Virus record (IMG/VR): IMGVR_UViG_3300032883_000564
Coordinates: 1 to 62,690 of that record
Origin: a virus
Lineage: Duplodnaviria > Caudoviricetes
DNA length: 62,690 nt
Strand: one strand, 5' to 3'
Numbering within the stretch: position 1 is the stretch's first letter; each line of letters begins with the position of its first letter. The notes under the pieces are model-generated. The model saw only the letters and a program-made list of their open reading frames with translations. It was not told the origin of the DNA and did no database searches. The translations under genes were made by a program, and so were the position numbers. Positions 35,761-45,316 of the stretch are shown one piece after another.

Positions 35761-35960
35761 CTGCAGTCCTTAGGCTCCCGGGCTCCTGTGCCGGCGTATT
35801 CGCTCTCCGTCATGACCAGCAGCGCCTCATAGCCGCCGCCATGCCAATGCCGGCCTTGTGAACGCTCCTGTTCCCTGAGGGCCCGGCGGAGCACGCCGCA
35901 GCCTTCGGCGTGGCGGGTCGCGCGGAAGGCCCCGTTCATCAGATAGCGGACGATCATCAT
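35724..35960 (-). CDS. Hypothetical protein
   Basis: ATGA coupling; HAEGC and CRC. Confidence 0.5.
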   Translation of the reverse strand: MMIVRYLMNGAFRATRHAEGCGVLRRALREQERSQGRHWHGGGYEALLVMTESEYAGTGAREPKDCRCVEKALAEVRS

Positions 35961-36760
35961 GGCTCGTCAATCGCAGCCAGCTCTCGCAGTACGGACAGGC
36001 CGCTCTTCTGCAGCCCGTCGGATCCGTACCGACACTCAAGCCGCTGAAGGTAGTCCGACATGGCTCTGAGCACAGCCGCTTCGCGGTCGAATTCTCGTAG
36101 CACCTGGAACACGCCGCGCAGTCTATGGGCCAGCTCGCTCACCGACCAGTCCTCGGGTTCTTTGCCCAGGTACTCCTTGACGATGTCCAGTAGAGCCGCC
36201 AGCGGCTCCTCCAGCTCGTGCTTCGTTCCAGCCAGACGACGGGACACGTTGTAGCCCCAGGTCTTGCAGTCCTTGACCTCGCCATTCGGGCCGAACACCA
36301 TCCTGGTGCGCAGGTCACGGTACGCTCGGTAGTCCTCATACCCTCGGTAGAGCAGGGCCAGGACGGCATCGGCGGTCAGGGCTGGCGGGAGATGGCTCTT
36401 GGCAGACTTCACTACCGTCCAGCCCTTGCTGCCCCTGAGAATCAGGCCGGCATCGTCGGGAACATCCTCGACACGGATCACGCCTGTCGGAGCGGCGAAG
36501 AACACGCGGTGAAACACCTGCAGATAGCGGCGCCACTTCTGCGAGGCCACGTCCCTCTGGAAGTCAGACCGGACTCCCTTGACCTCATAGGCGCGAATGT
36601 CCTTCCGCGCATAGACGTGCGGCTTGACGGCGGCGACGTCGACGCGCCCGTCCATCCCACCATCACCGGTGCCGGGGACCTGGACCTCCGTGAACGTCAG
36701 CCATCCCGCCTGCCTCAGGTGCTCAGCCAAGTCGTGTTTCAGGCTCCGGTCAGCGTCCAT
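35957..36760 (-). CDS. MmcB-like PD-(D/E)xK nuclease
   Basis: GRVDV, AYEVKGVRSDFQRD, KWRRY, FFAAPTG, VPDDAGL. Confidence 0.8.
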   Translation of the reverse strand: MDADRSLKHDLAEHLRQAGWLTFTEVQVPGTGDGGMDGRVDVAAVKPHVYARKDIRAYEVKGVRSDFQRDVASQKWRRYLQVFHRVFFAAPTGVIRVEDVPDDAGLILRGSKGWTVVKSAKSHLPPALTADAVLALLYRGYEDYRAYRDLRTRMVFGPNGEVKDCKTWGYNVSRRLAGTKHELEEPLAALLDIVKEYLGKEPEDWSVSELAHRLRGVFQVLREFDREAAVLRAMSDYLQRLECRYGSDGLQKSGLSVLRELAAIDEP

Positions 36761-36763
36761 CGG

Positions 36764-37062
36764 TCAGCGTTCCTCTATCGCCATTGCCACCGCTATGGTG
36801 GCCGCCAGGGCCAGTGGGAAAGGGCAGCCTGCTGCGAGGAGGGCAAGACCCAGGATTCCGCAGAGCGCGAACCGTATCACCTGCAACTCCCTAACGCCAT
36901 GTAGGCAGCGGTCAGCATCAACAGGTCGCCGACTATGACGCCCACGAGGAAAGCCACCAGACCCCAGATCACGAGCGCCCTGGTGCTGAACTCCCACGTC
37001 GTCTCACCATTATTGGTAGCGGCGGGTGGTGACCTATCACCACCCTTGTCTGTCCGACTCAT
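36764..37062 (-). CDS. Two small coupled membrane proteins (36877-37062 and 36764-36880)
   Basis: Hydrophobic segments ALVIWGLVAFLVGVIVG and FALCGILGLALLAAG; GTGA overlap. Confidence 0.45.
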
Positions 37063-37116
37063 GGCTGGCACCCCGGCCACGGCTGCCACGTCTCGCCCGC
37101 GCGCTGGTAGATGATG

Positions 37117-37620
37117 TCAGGAGTCACGGCGAACAAGTCTCCTCTTCGCTTGCCTTCGGGTCTCCGCATCCGCTCTGCATATCCGGCACTGGCGATGGCC
37201 CTCTGGCGAGCGATACGTGTTGAATAAATCAAGTCGGTGCCCATGAACGCAGGCCGTCTTGTAGGCGTTCTCGGCCGCGCTACTGGTGCCCCTGAGCACA
37301 TTGACACGAAAGAGAACCGCCTCTAAGTGCCCTGGTCGAACGCAGGATGGGTTACGACAGAGATGGTCAAGCACAAGGTCTTCTGGAATGGGGCCGTAGG
37401 TGAGTTCATAAGCGAACCTGTGTGGCCAGACCCAACGGCCTTCAGAAAGGAAGAAGGAACCATAGCCTTGGCGATTGCGCGCCCCCGTCCAAAGCCAGCA
37501 CGGGCCGAGGTCTGGCCGGTTGCTAGGCAGAGGGCCATCTTTGTTGACCTTGGGCCAGAACCGTTCTTCTGCGGGTTTGCGGGTATAGAAGCGCTTGCGG
37601 GTGGTAGAATAGACGCGCAT
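37117..37620 (-). CDS. HNH homing endonuclease
   Basis: ERFWPKV, CWLWTG, HRFAY, DHLCRNPSCVRPGHLE, CVHGH; upstream TGGTAGAAT and AAAGGA. Confidence 0.9.
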   Translation of the reverse strand: MRVYSTTRKRFYTRKPAEERFWPKVNKDGPLPSNRPDLGPCWLWTGARNRQGYGSFFLSEGRWVWPHRFAYELTYGPIPEDLVLDHLCRNPSCVRPGHLEAVLFRVNVLRGTSSAAENAYKTACVHGHRLDLFNTYRSPEGHRQCRICRADAETRRQAKRRLVRRDS

Positions 37621-37712
37621 CGGCAGGTCCTTTCTGTCGGTGTCGGGCGGGCGGGTGCTTACCACACCGCGTCCGCCATCTGTTTGAGGCACCTTCATTC
37701 TACCATATCCGC

Positions 37713-38276
37713 TTATTGCTTGCACGCCCACGGTCCCCACCCCTGGTCGAGCCACAGGTCGTAGGCCACCCGAAGATTTGCTACTGGGTCAAGCATCTGG
37801 GCCCAGGAGTAACCCAAACGTTCCGCCCTGGCCCGATGGATTACATTCAGTTGGGTTAGGCCCCAATTCTGTCCATCGGGTGAGACCGCTTTGGGGTTTC
37901 CTCCTGACTCGCACTGAATCAGTGCCCAGAGGTTCGCCCACTCTTCAGGGGGCCAGTACCATTTGGCCGCCCAGTCACCTGGCGGTTCGCCAAGCGTGCC
38001 CTCTGCATTCCGTCCAGGCGCTCGGCCTGGCTCAAGGCCAGCAGCCCCTTGCGGATCGCCCGGAGATTCGGACCCCTCCGCCTGAGCGCTCGCATCTCCT
38101 GGTGGCTCAGCCGTGGCCGACGCCGTGGGCGTCCATTGCGGAGCCGGCTCAAGAGCCAGGACACCGCACACGAGAGGATCAACACACTCAAGCCGTACAG
38201 GATCGCCGTTCTTATCACCCCCTCTCAGTAGTACAGCGACGGTGGCGCATGCCAAAATCAAGGCGCTCACCGCCAA
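37713..38276 (-). CDS. Exported lytic transglycosylase (SLT-like)
   Basis: N-terminal hydrophobic segment; CESGGNPKA, GLTQLN, DPVANL, GWGPWAC. Confidence 0.85.
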   Translation of the reverse strand: MAVSALILACATVAVLLRGGDKNGDPVRLECVDPLVCGVLALEPAPQWTPTASATAEPPGDASAQAEGSESPGDPQGAAGLEPGRAPGRNAEGTLGEPPGDWAAKWYWPPEEWANLWALIQCESGGNPKAVSPDGQNWGLTQLNVIHRARAERLGYSWAQMLDPVANLRVAYDLWLDQGWGPWACKQ

Positions 38277-38526
38277 CAGGTGCCTCAGCGGACTCCTGCT
38301 CCACTAGTCCCTCGCTTTTCCATCTTCGAGACCTCCTTGCCATTTTCGCGGCCCCAACGAGCCCTTCGGCCTTGAGGACAGCCTCAATGACCGCCCAGTG
38401 CCGCACACACAGCGAGGCAATCTTCCTCTGGCTGTACGCACGACGGTTCCGAATGTAGATGTCGACCACGACCTTGCCCTCGATGGGCGTGCCGCAGAGT
38501 ACGCACACGGAGACGGGACGGGGCAT
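38215..38526 (-). CDS. Hypothetical Cys-containing protein
   Basis: CVLCG...LCVRH; ATG 38526. Confidence 0.45.
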   Translation of the reverse strand: MPRPVSVCVLCGTPIEGKVVVDIYIRNRRAYSQRKIASLCVRHWAVIEAVLKAEGLVGAAKMARRSRRWKSEGLVEQESAEAPVGGERLDFGMRHRRCTTERG

Positions 38527-38739
38527 GTCAGATCCTCGCTTCCTGCGGTACTTCTCTCGGCCAATCACCCGGCGGCCACTCGGACGGATCGCCGGCGCGG
38601 GTGCCCCGACCAAGGTTGACTCTAGCCCAGGAGGTACCGAACTGCTTCACGAACGCGGCACAGCGCGCCTCTCGACACTGGGCCACGGCAGCAGCAAGCC
38701 AGGCGGGGTCGCAAGGGCGGAATCGTGATGTTCAGCCTC

Positions 38740-39000
38740 TTAGTCGACTGCATCGGTGGCTTTGCCTACACCCTCTTCAGTTACCGGTGGCTGCCACTCC
38801 GGTGGGTCCCAGCGGTCCACGGTCTCAGGCCGGCCGAGCACGTACTTGATGCCCCGGCGGATATAGTTCTGCCCGCTTATCCGGCCCTTGTCCTCCTCCG
38901 TCGTCCCCTGCACGGCCAGAAGCCGGTAGCCATGCTCCAGGTACAGGTTGGCCTTGATCCGCCGGCATTCGGCCACTTCCACGACGTCCCCTAGTTCCAT
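38740..39000 (-). CDS. Hypothetical protein
   Basis: AAAGGAGG RBS; ANLYLEHGYRLL. Confidence 0.65.
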   Translation of the reverse strand: MELGDVVEVAECRRIKANLYLEHGYRLLAVQGTTEEDKGRISGQNYIRRGIKYVLGRPETVDRWDPPEWQPPVTEEGVGKATDAVD

Positions 39001-39013
39001 GCCGTGCCTCCTT

Positions 39014-39305
39014 TCAGCTCAATCCTTCTGGCCACAGAATGTCCGCCGCCTTCACCATCCCTCGTCCCGGGTACTCGATGGCGCCCAGGGTTCTCAGGCG
39101 GCCCAGGTTGTTAAAGTAGCCGCCGCTCGTGGGCGACACGCCCAACTGGACGGCCAGATCGTCTTTCATCCGCGCCTCGGGATAGACCTCGATCAGGGTT
39201 CTGAGGATAGCGGCCTGCGCGCGTGGCAGGATTCGATACCAGGACTCGTGGAGCTCCCTGGATCGCCGCTATCCTGCGCTGGTGCCCCTTATCAGGCTTC
39301 TTCAT
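39014..39305 (-). pseudogene. Frameshifted winged-helix gene
   Basis: MKKPDKGHQRRIAAIQ joins ELHESWYRILPRAQAAIL...SPTSGGYFNNLGRLRTLGAIEYP if one G in CAGGGAG is removed. Confidence 0.65.
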
Positions 39306-39486
39306 GGGCCAGCTCCAGCAGCTCGTTGCGCCTCGCCAGCGGGTCGTAGCGTTCCAGCCCCTCTTCCACGAGGCGCCGGATCGCCTCCGTGCGGTTCACC
39401 TCCCAATCGACGGCCAGGTAGTCGATCATCTTGACGAGCCTCGACGGGAGCCACACGTGGACGGCTTTGTCGCCTTTACGCGGCAC
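39292..39486 (-). CDS. Ribbon-helix-helix DNA-binding protein
   Basis: VHVWLPSRLVKMIDYLA...NRTEAIRRLVEEGL. Confidence 0.75.
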   Translation of the reverse strand: MPRKGDKAVHVWLPSRLVKMIDYLAVDWEVNRTEAIRRLVEEGLERYDPLARRNELLELAHEEA

Positions 39487-40174
39487 TGGTCACCTCCATC
39501 TGCAGTAGGGAGTCGAAGGCCGAAAGGCGTTCTGTGAGCCGCTCGACCTCCTCCCTCTCACCAGCCAGGTCAAGCTCGAGCTTGCCTGCGCGCTCCCTGG
39601 AGTAGGTCAGGTTGGACTCCAGCCGCTCCCATTCATCCTTCAGGTAGCGGAGCTTGTGCCCAAGACCGTCATTGGCGCACAGGAAGCAGGCAGGAGCCTC
39701 CGGCTCACGGACCGTCTCGCCGGCGAACGTGCGGACGAGGCCAGCGGTTATCCACGGGTTGCCCAGGACGAACTGCGGGCCGCGGCCGTTGGCGCAGTGG
39801 TACTGCTCGCAGCACTTGTCCATTGCGGCCCGAAAGGCCTGGACGTTCGGATGGCTTTGCTCGATGTGTCCGTGGAAAGGAACATGGTTCCCTGCGCCCT
39901 CGGCGGGGTCGCGAACCTGGGTGTGCCACGCGTCCACGCGGGCATCCTCGTCGACCCCGATTGCGGCGCGGGTCGCCGCCAGGTCGCGCCAGCTCCACTC
40001 GACGCCCTCGTAAGACGGCAGAGACACCCCGAGTGCGATGGGCTGGTCCGCGTTGACGAAGGCGAGGTCGAACTCGCCATCATCGGGCAGCCACAAGCCG
40101 CCGGCATAGCGCAGCCAGGGGCCAGAGCCCTCCAGCGGGCGGAAGAGGTAGGTCTCCGCGTAGTGTCCTCTCAT
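39476..40174 (-). CDS. Hypothetical protein with C-terminal coiled coil
   Basis: ATGA coupling; 232 aa. Confidence 0.6.
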   Translation of the reverse strand: MRGHYAETYLFRPLEGSGPWLRYAGGLWLPDDGEFDLAFVNADQPIALGVSLPSYEGVEWSWRDLAATRAAIGVDEDARVDAWHTQVRDPAEGAGNHVPFHGHIEQSHPNVQAFRAAMDKCCEQYHCANGRGPQFVLGNPWITAGLVRTFAGETVREPEAPACFLCANDGLGHKLRYLKDEWERLESNLTYSRERAGKLELDLAGEREEVERLTERLSAFDSLLQMEVTSAA

Positions 40175-40425
40175 GATGCTCTCTCTTTCAGTTGCGTGAC
40201 CTTCTTGGCCAGATCGGCGCGCAGCTTCTCCCAGGCGACCCGGCCGTTCGCGAGCAGGCCGTCCATCTCCTCCTGGGTCGTTTCCGCCGTCACGCCGGAC
40301 ATGGAGACGAAGGCGCCGGCGCTGTTGTAGTTGCCCAGGTTCACCTTCATCTCGACCGAAAGGGACAGCGACGGCCCCTGCTTCAACTCAAGTTGCTCTC
40401 CTGGTAGCTCGTCTGTCCGTGCCAT
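40171..40425 (-). CDS. Small phage protein
   Basis: GGAGG RBS; KVNLGNYNSA motif. Confidence 0.65.
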   Translation of the reverse strand: MARTDELPGEQLELKQGPSLSLSVEMKVNLGNYNSAGAFVSMSGVTAETTQEEMDGLLANGRVAWEKLRADLAKKVTQLKERAS

Positions 40426-40573
40426 AGCTCACCTCCAAGAATTCCGACGGTCCATCAGGCGCGGCGCGCCTCAACGTCTCCACAGCTATGCCGACGCCGC
40501 GCATCTGTGCTAAAATGACGCAGCCGCGACGGTGGGGGCCGCCCGGCTGCATGGCACCAGGAGGTAGATCCCG

Positions 40574-41149
40574 ATGCTTCCTCAGTGTACACAACCACCT
40601 TTGCCCTTGGAAGCCGAAGAGTGGCGTCCACTCTTGGGATACGAAGGACTCTATGAGGTCTCTAGCCTCGGGAGGGTTCGCGGGATGCCGCGTCCGCATG
40701 CATACCCGCGTCGAGCCGACCGCCTGCTCTATATTGGGCCCAATCGTCCTGGCCCTAGAGGCTATCTCCAAGTGAGACTTTGCAGGGACGGGTTGGAAGT
40801 CACCCGGAAAGTCCATCGCCTCGTCGCCGAAGCCTTTCTTGGGCCTCGCTCGGCTCCGTTTGAGGTCAACCACATCGATGGTGATAAGACGAACAATCGA
40901 GCGAGCAACCTTGAATGGGTATCCCCGGACGCGAACGTCCGACATGCCTATGCGTCCGGCCTTAAGGTGGCAGCCCGATTGACCGGGGAGAGAAATGCAA
41001 ATGCACGGCTCACCGCTTCCGCCGTTCGTTCGATTCGGCAGGCTGTGGCCAGCGGTGTCACCCAGGAGTGCTTGGCGCTGCGATATGGCGTTAATAGAAC
41101 CACCATCGAAGCTGTGGTAACAGGGCGGAGTTGGCGGCATATCCGTTAG
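40574..41149 (+). CDS. NUMOD4-HNH homing endonuclease
   Basis: EEWRPLLGYEGLYEVSSLGRV, VHRLVA, NHIDGDKTNNRASNLEW; TGCTAAAAT at 40508-40516. Confidence 0.92.
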   Translation: MLPQCTQPPLPLEAEEWRPLLGYEGLYEVSSLGRVRGMPRPHAYPRRADRLLYIGPNRPGPRGYLQVRLCRDGLEVTRKVHRLVAEAFLGPRSAPFEVNHIDGDKTNNRASNLEWVSPDANVRHAYASGLKVAARLTGERNANARLTASAVRSIRQAVASGVTQECLALRYGVNRTTIEAVVTGRSWRHIR

Positions 41150-41154
41150 GCCGT

Positions 41155-41574
41155 TCACTTCAGGATCGCTTCCACGGCTATTTGTACTCCGGCCTCGTAG
41201 CCGTAGCGCTTGTCGACTAGCAGGCTGGCCACCTGGGCATCGTCGTGATAGACCGTGCCCGACAAAGCGTCCTCAACCAGCCTGAGCAATTTGCTAGAAT
41301 CCGGCTTCGTCACCTTCCAAGCCGGGGGGTGGCGCTTCGGGGCCGACTTCGGGAGCGGGAAGACGAAGACGAGCCAGAGCCGAACCGGACCTTCGAGCGG
41401 CGGCCCCTGCCACTCGTTCTGCACGACCCACTGGATCGCGCGCTCCCAGGTCCGCATCTTCGGAGCGTTCTGGTCGAAGATAAGGACCCGGCTAGTCGCC
41501 TTGTGGACGACGCCGCGCTTAGAGCCCTTCGGCTGGGGCAAGCCCTTCACCCATACGCTAAACGGCAGCGTCAT
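41155..41574 (-). CDS. rusA: RusA Holliday junction resolvase
   Basis: PQPKGS, KPDSSKLLRLVEDALSGTVYHDDAQV, KRY. Confidence 0.88.
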   Translation of the reverse strand: MTLPFSVWVKGLPQPKGSKRGVVHKATSRVLIFDQNAPKMRTWERAIQWVVQNEWQGPPLEGPVRLWLVFVFPLPKSAPKRHPPAWKVTKPDSSKLLRLVEDALSGTVYHDDAQVASLLVDKRYGYEAGVQIAVEAILK

Positions 41575-41774
41575 CCGACCCCTCCACGTCGCCTTGGAGG
41601 ACGCAGCGCCAGCGGCGCCGACTGGATGGGGTGTCCCGTATGCCAGCGCCGACACTGCCTGCAAAGATAGGCCGTCAGCCAGCCACGCTGGCCCTCTCGC
41701 ATCAGCTGCCTCGCAGCACGTCTAGCCGCCTCCTGGCTCTCGTAGACCGTCCGCTGGCACCCGTTCCGCTTCAT
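41571..41774 (-). CDS. Small Zn-binding phage protein
   Basis: AYLCRQCRRWH; GAGAGG RBS. Confidence 0.6.
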   Translation of the reverse strand: MKRNGCQRTVYESQEAARRAARQLMREGQRGWLTAYLCRQCRRWHTGHPIQSAPLALRPPRRRGGVG

Positions 41775-41932
41775 GCCGCCTCTCTCAGGGTGACCATGAG
41801 CCTCAGGCCTCGCCTCGTAGCGCGGCGCCTGCGCCGGTGGAGGAGGGCCTTCCAGAATGCGGCCCGGCCTGGCTTCCGGGACTCTATCACGAGACCGCGC
41901 TCCCTCGCGTCGTGTGCTTTCACGGCGCCGGC

Positions 41933-42442
41933 TCACGCCCGGTAACCCCGCGGCGGAAGGCTGTCGCAGAAGAGAACGGCAGCCAGCGCCAGCCCTCCGA
42001 GGACGACGCCCAGGGCGGCCTCGCCGATTAGCAAAGCGCCCACGGAGGCAAGCCCCAGCAGGCCGGCCGGCACCAGGTCGGACAGGCCGCCAGCTAGGGG
42101 TACCCTGCCGATTCCGTAGCAGGCCGGGCAGGGCTTCGTGCACTCCTCCGCAACGTCGGCCAGCCCGACCTCGAACAGGGTCTCATCACCAACCCGGAAG
42201 CAGATCGTGCTGCCGTCCAGGATCGCATCGGCCGCTTGTGCGGCCGTGATGGGCGCGAAGTCGGCAGGCTCTCCCAGCGCCGTGACGAGGCTGTCCAGGT
42301 TCAGATCATCATCGGCATCGAAGCCGTACTCTGCGAAGCAGGCCAGCAACGCGGCCCGACGGTCTTGTGCCTCGATGTCGTGCCAGGTATCGTGCCAACT
42401 GTCCTCACCGTGATGCTGCTTGTAGCCCACACTGAATTTCAT
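41933..42442 (-). CDS. Hypothetical protein (acidic, CPAC, hydrophobic C-terminus)
   Basis: GGGGAGG before ATG 42442. Confidence 0.55.
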   Translation of the reverse strand: MKFSVGYKQHHGEDSWHDTWHDIEAQDRRAALLACFAEYGFDADDDLNLDSLVTALGEPADFAPITAAQAADAILDGSTICFRVGDETLFEVGLADVAEECTKPCPACYGIGRVPLAGGLSDLVPAGLLGLASVGALLIGEAALGVVLGGLALAAVLFCDSLPPRGYRA

Positions 42443-42989
42443 CAGAAGCCTCCCCTTCCCGCCCTGCGTATGAGTAGGGCGAAGACGACCAACTGCGCAG
42501 CGAACAGAGAGAGGATGACCGCCCACTCACCGGCAGACATGGTCGGTTCCGTTCGACATAGCAACGCTGCGCCTCAAAGGGCCGACGTGCTCATCACAGC
42601 TCGCCCCCGTCAAGTACCCGATGTCGTAGGCCAGCCAGACGCTCGTCCGGTCGCACCAGTCACAGGGCAGGCTGCCGCAGCCATCCTCCACGCGCTGCAC
42701 CTTGATGAAGTTGCGCCTGCGGTTGCTCCTCTCGACGGAGGAGGCACCAACCGAGCCACCCGGGTACCCGCTCACGAATACAGCGCTCCTCTCAACGGCC
42801 GAAGGCCCGACCTTGTAGGGAGGATGCAGTGATCGTCGCCTCGGGCTCCGGCGGGCGGTAGGTCTGCAGGTGCTTGCACGTCCTGGGGAATGTCCGGCAG
42901 TAGTGGAAGGCCGGGCAGGAGCAAGTTGCCCTGAGGCGTGCGGTCGATCTCATACGTCACGGTGGCCGTGGTCTGCGAAGGGATCGTCG

Positions 42990-43205
42990 CTAGGACCGGC
43001 ATGGCTTCTGCTCCAGCAGGCAGCTCGCACCCAGCACCATCGTCTCGCGGTAGCGCCCACCTCCAGCTCTCTTCCATAGGGCGATTCTGGCTACAGGCTC
43101 GCCGTAGAGTGCCAGCGTCTTCTCGTCCGCCCGAACTTCCTCCACCAACGCCCGGCTGCCCTTGAGCCTCGTGTAGACGATCTGCCCGACCCGCAGCCCC
43201 TCCAT
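42990..43205 (-). CDS. Hypothetical protein, first gene after repeated promoter
   Basis: AGGAG RBS. Confidence 0.55.
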   Translation of the reverse strand: MEGLRVGQIVYTRLKGSRALVEEVRADEKTLALYGEPVARIALWKRAGGGRYRETMVLGASCLLEQKPCRS

Positions 43206-43229
43206 CTCCTGTCTCCTTCCTGTTTGGTT

Positions 43230-43272
43230 CCTATGTTTATGGTAGCACCCTAACGCATGTTTGTCAATAGAA
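43230..43272 (-). promoter_or_regulatory. Repeated promoter, copy 1
   Basis: TTGACA-N17-TACCAT with extended TG; near-identical to 51667-51709. Confidence 0.8.
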
Positions 43273-43312
43273 AGAGGAGGAGTTTGTCAAAGATTTTTCG
43301 TCCGAGAACAGA

Positions 43313-43972
43313 CTAGGCGTCCGGCCAACAGCCCTCGGAGCCACCGCGCAGCCGCTGGACCCGGGTCACGCCGTTCTGCTTGGAGAAGCGGTAGGCTACA
43401 TCCCCCGCCTCGGCCAGCTCCTCGCGATGTGTCACGAGGACAAGCTGGAATTTTCCTTCTTCACTGATGTGCCGCAGGAGCGCGGCAGCTTGGGGAAGGA
43501 AGTCGGCGGACAGCTCAGACAGGGTCTCGTCCAGCACCAGCAGCCGGGCCAGGGCTGGGCGAGTGGCGAGCAAGACGAGTACGAGCAGGAGGAAGGAAGT
43601 CACGTTCACCAGGCCGCCCCCTTCGGCCTCCATGATCTCGGTCTCCAGGCCCGTGCTGTCCTTAATGCGGAAGCGCGCTACGGGCAGGTCCGCCTGCACG
43701 CCCATCTCGACCACGAGCTCCAGCGGCTCGCCGAAGACACCGGTCAGTCCCCGGCTCACATGCTCGCCAACGGCAGCCTCGAAACCCCCTCGCCATACCT
43801 CCTGCGCCGCAGTGAGCAGAGCCACCACGTGGTTCAGGACTTCAGCGCGCTTCCTGTGCGTCCTGGCGTCGTACTCAAGGACACCGGCCTGGCGCTGTAG
43901 CAAGGCACGGGCGCCGACCCGTTCCTTCAGCAGGTCACCCAGGCGTGCAAGGTCCCTATCCAGCTCGTCCAC
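43313..43972 (-). CDS. SbcC/Rad50-like ATPase, C-terminal half
   Basis: Signature-like EGGG, Walker B LVLDE, H-loop VTH. Confidence 0.85.
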   Translation of the reverse strand: MDELDRDLARLGDLLKERVGARALLQRQAGVLEYDARTHRKRAEVLNHVVALLTAAQEVWRGGFEAAVGEHVSRGLTGVFGEPLELVVEMGVQADLPVARFRIKDSTGLETEIMEAEGGGLVNVTSFLLLVLVLLATRPALARLLVLDETLSELSADFLPQAAALLRHISEEGKFQLVLVTHREELAEAGDVAYRFSKQNGVTRVQRLRGGSEGCWPDA

Positions 43973-44168
43973 CGACGGTCTCCCTCGGGCCACGCAGCGC
44001 AGCCCGCGCCACGAAACCCACGCCCAGCTCGACGCAGTCCCGATACGTGGAGAACAGGCACCAGTCGACAAGAAGCAGGCCACGATCGTTCAGGACGTCA
44101 GCGTATTCCCGCCGCATCGCTATCAGGCGTCTCAGTCTGGTCAGGCGCTCAGCCGCCAACTCCATCAC
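43956..44168 (-). CDS. Hypothetical protein
   Basis: GTGA coupling. Confidence 0.5.
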   Translation of the reverse strand: MMELAAERLTRLRRLIAMRREYADVLNDRGLLLVDWCLFSTYRDCVELGVGFVARAALRGPRETVGGRAG

Positions 44169-44416
44169 CGGGCCTCCGCCTGTAGGGACGCGAGGTCCCG
44201 CCGGATGGCCTCCTGCTCGGCCTGCACTTCGGCGGTGCGGGCCTGGAGCTGCTCTTCCAGGTCACCATCGGAAGAGAAGCCCAGCGTCTCGATCTCGGCA
44301 CGCAGCCGCCCCATCTCATCGTCCCCCGCCGCCATCAGGGCCTCCAGGCGTGTCACGTCGGCGGAGGCGCGCTCGACATCCGAGCGCAGCTTTAGGACTT
44401 CGTCGGCGGTTGGCAT
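44165..44416 (-). CDS. Short coiled-coil protein (possible SbcC arm segment)
   Basis: Heptad pattern; GGAGG RBS. Confidence 0.65.
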   Translation of the reverse strand: MPTADEVLKLRSDVERASADVTRLEALMAAGDDEMGRLRAEIETLGFSSDGDLEEQLQARTAEVQAEQEAIRRDLASLQAEAR

Positions 44417-44961
44417 CTTCCACCACCTCCACGTTCACCACGAGTCGCAGCCGCGACAGCGAGGCTCACCGCCAGCCGCTCGCGGGCCCAGCGCTCGACC
44501 GTCGCCTTAGCCCGCTCCACCTTCTGCTCCCAGGTCGCGCCCCGCCAGCGCTCCCACCAGTTGGGCGGCCAGACGTAGACGACGGGGGAGTCGCCTCCTC
44601 CCGGGCTGTGAATCCCCTTGTTACCCACTGGCTCACCATCGGAGGCAGACCCGGCGGAGCGTCGGCAAACAGCACCGCCTCCACCTTCACGACACCAGCC
44701 AGCGGCGTCACGAGGACCTCATAGCGCTCGGCAGTCATACGTGGCTCCCATTCTCAGGCAATTCCCGCAGCGCCCTCATCAGCAAGCCGCGGACCGCGTA
44801 CGTATCCATATTCTGCGGGGTGCACAGCACCAGGCTGCCAGCCCCTTCGCCCTGCTTCACGCCGAGGAGTAAGACCGGCGTCGCCACCTCGACGGCCAGC
44901 TTGTAGGACCACACTCGCAGGCGCTGCTGGCAGATGGCCAGCGCCTCCGGGCTCTCCACGG

Positions 44962-45282
44962 CTACGGGTCCTTTATCTTCGGGTGGGGCAGCGTCGCCTG
45001 GCCCCGAGAGAGGATCGCTCGGATGTCCTCCGGGCCTAGCTCCTCCGAGATGTCGACCAGGTCGCCGCCCTCCAGCACGTAGGGCGTCATGCAGCGCGCG
45101 CAGATCTTGATGCCTGACGGCGCGGCGTAGTTCTTCCAGCGCTCGATCTCGCTGCCGTCCAGCCCGGTCATCCCGCCCGTGTGGAGCACCACCAGGCCCC
45201 AGTCGTAGAACACGGCCGAGCCGCACTCGCCGCTTTCTGTCCTCGCGGAGCACCTCTTGATCATCTTCAGTGGGCTGTCCAT
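44962..45282 (-). CDS. Zn-binding hypothetical protein
   Basis: AAGGAGG RBS; C...C and CARC. Confidence 0.6.
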   Translation of the reverse strand: MDSPLKMIKRCSARTESGECGSAVFYDWGLVVLHTGGMTGLDGSEIERWKNYAAPSGIKICARCMTPYVLEGGDLVDISEELGPEDIRAILSRGQATLPHPKIKDP

Positions 45283-45316
45283 GCCGCCTCCTTTTAGCAT
45301 TCTACTGCACAATTTG

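Noticed and set aside
37713-38276. SLT gene as the endolysin
   Set aside because: It lies among middle/early genes away from the tail module; the lysis cassette is probably beyond the left edge
40518-44457. Extra CGCAGCCGCGAC matches to the twin-leader 20-mer (about 40519 and 44446)
   Set aside because: Short GC-rich matches on the plus strand without the matching hairpin and U-tract; probably chance
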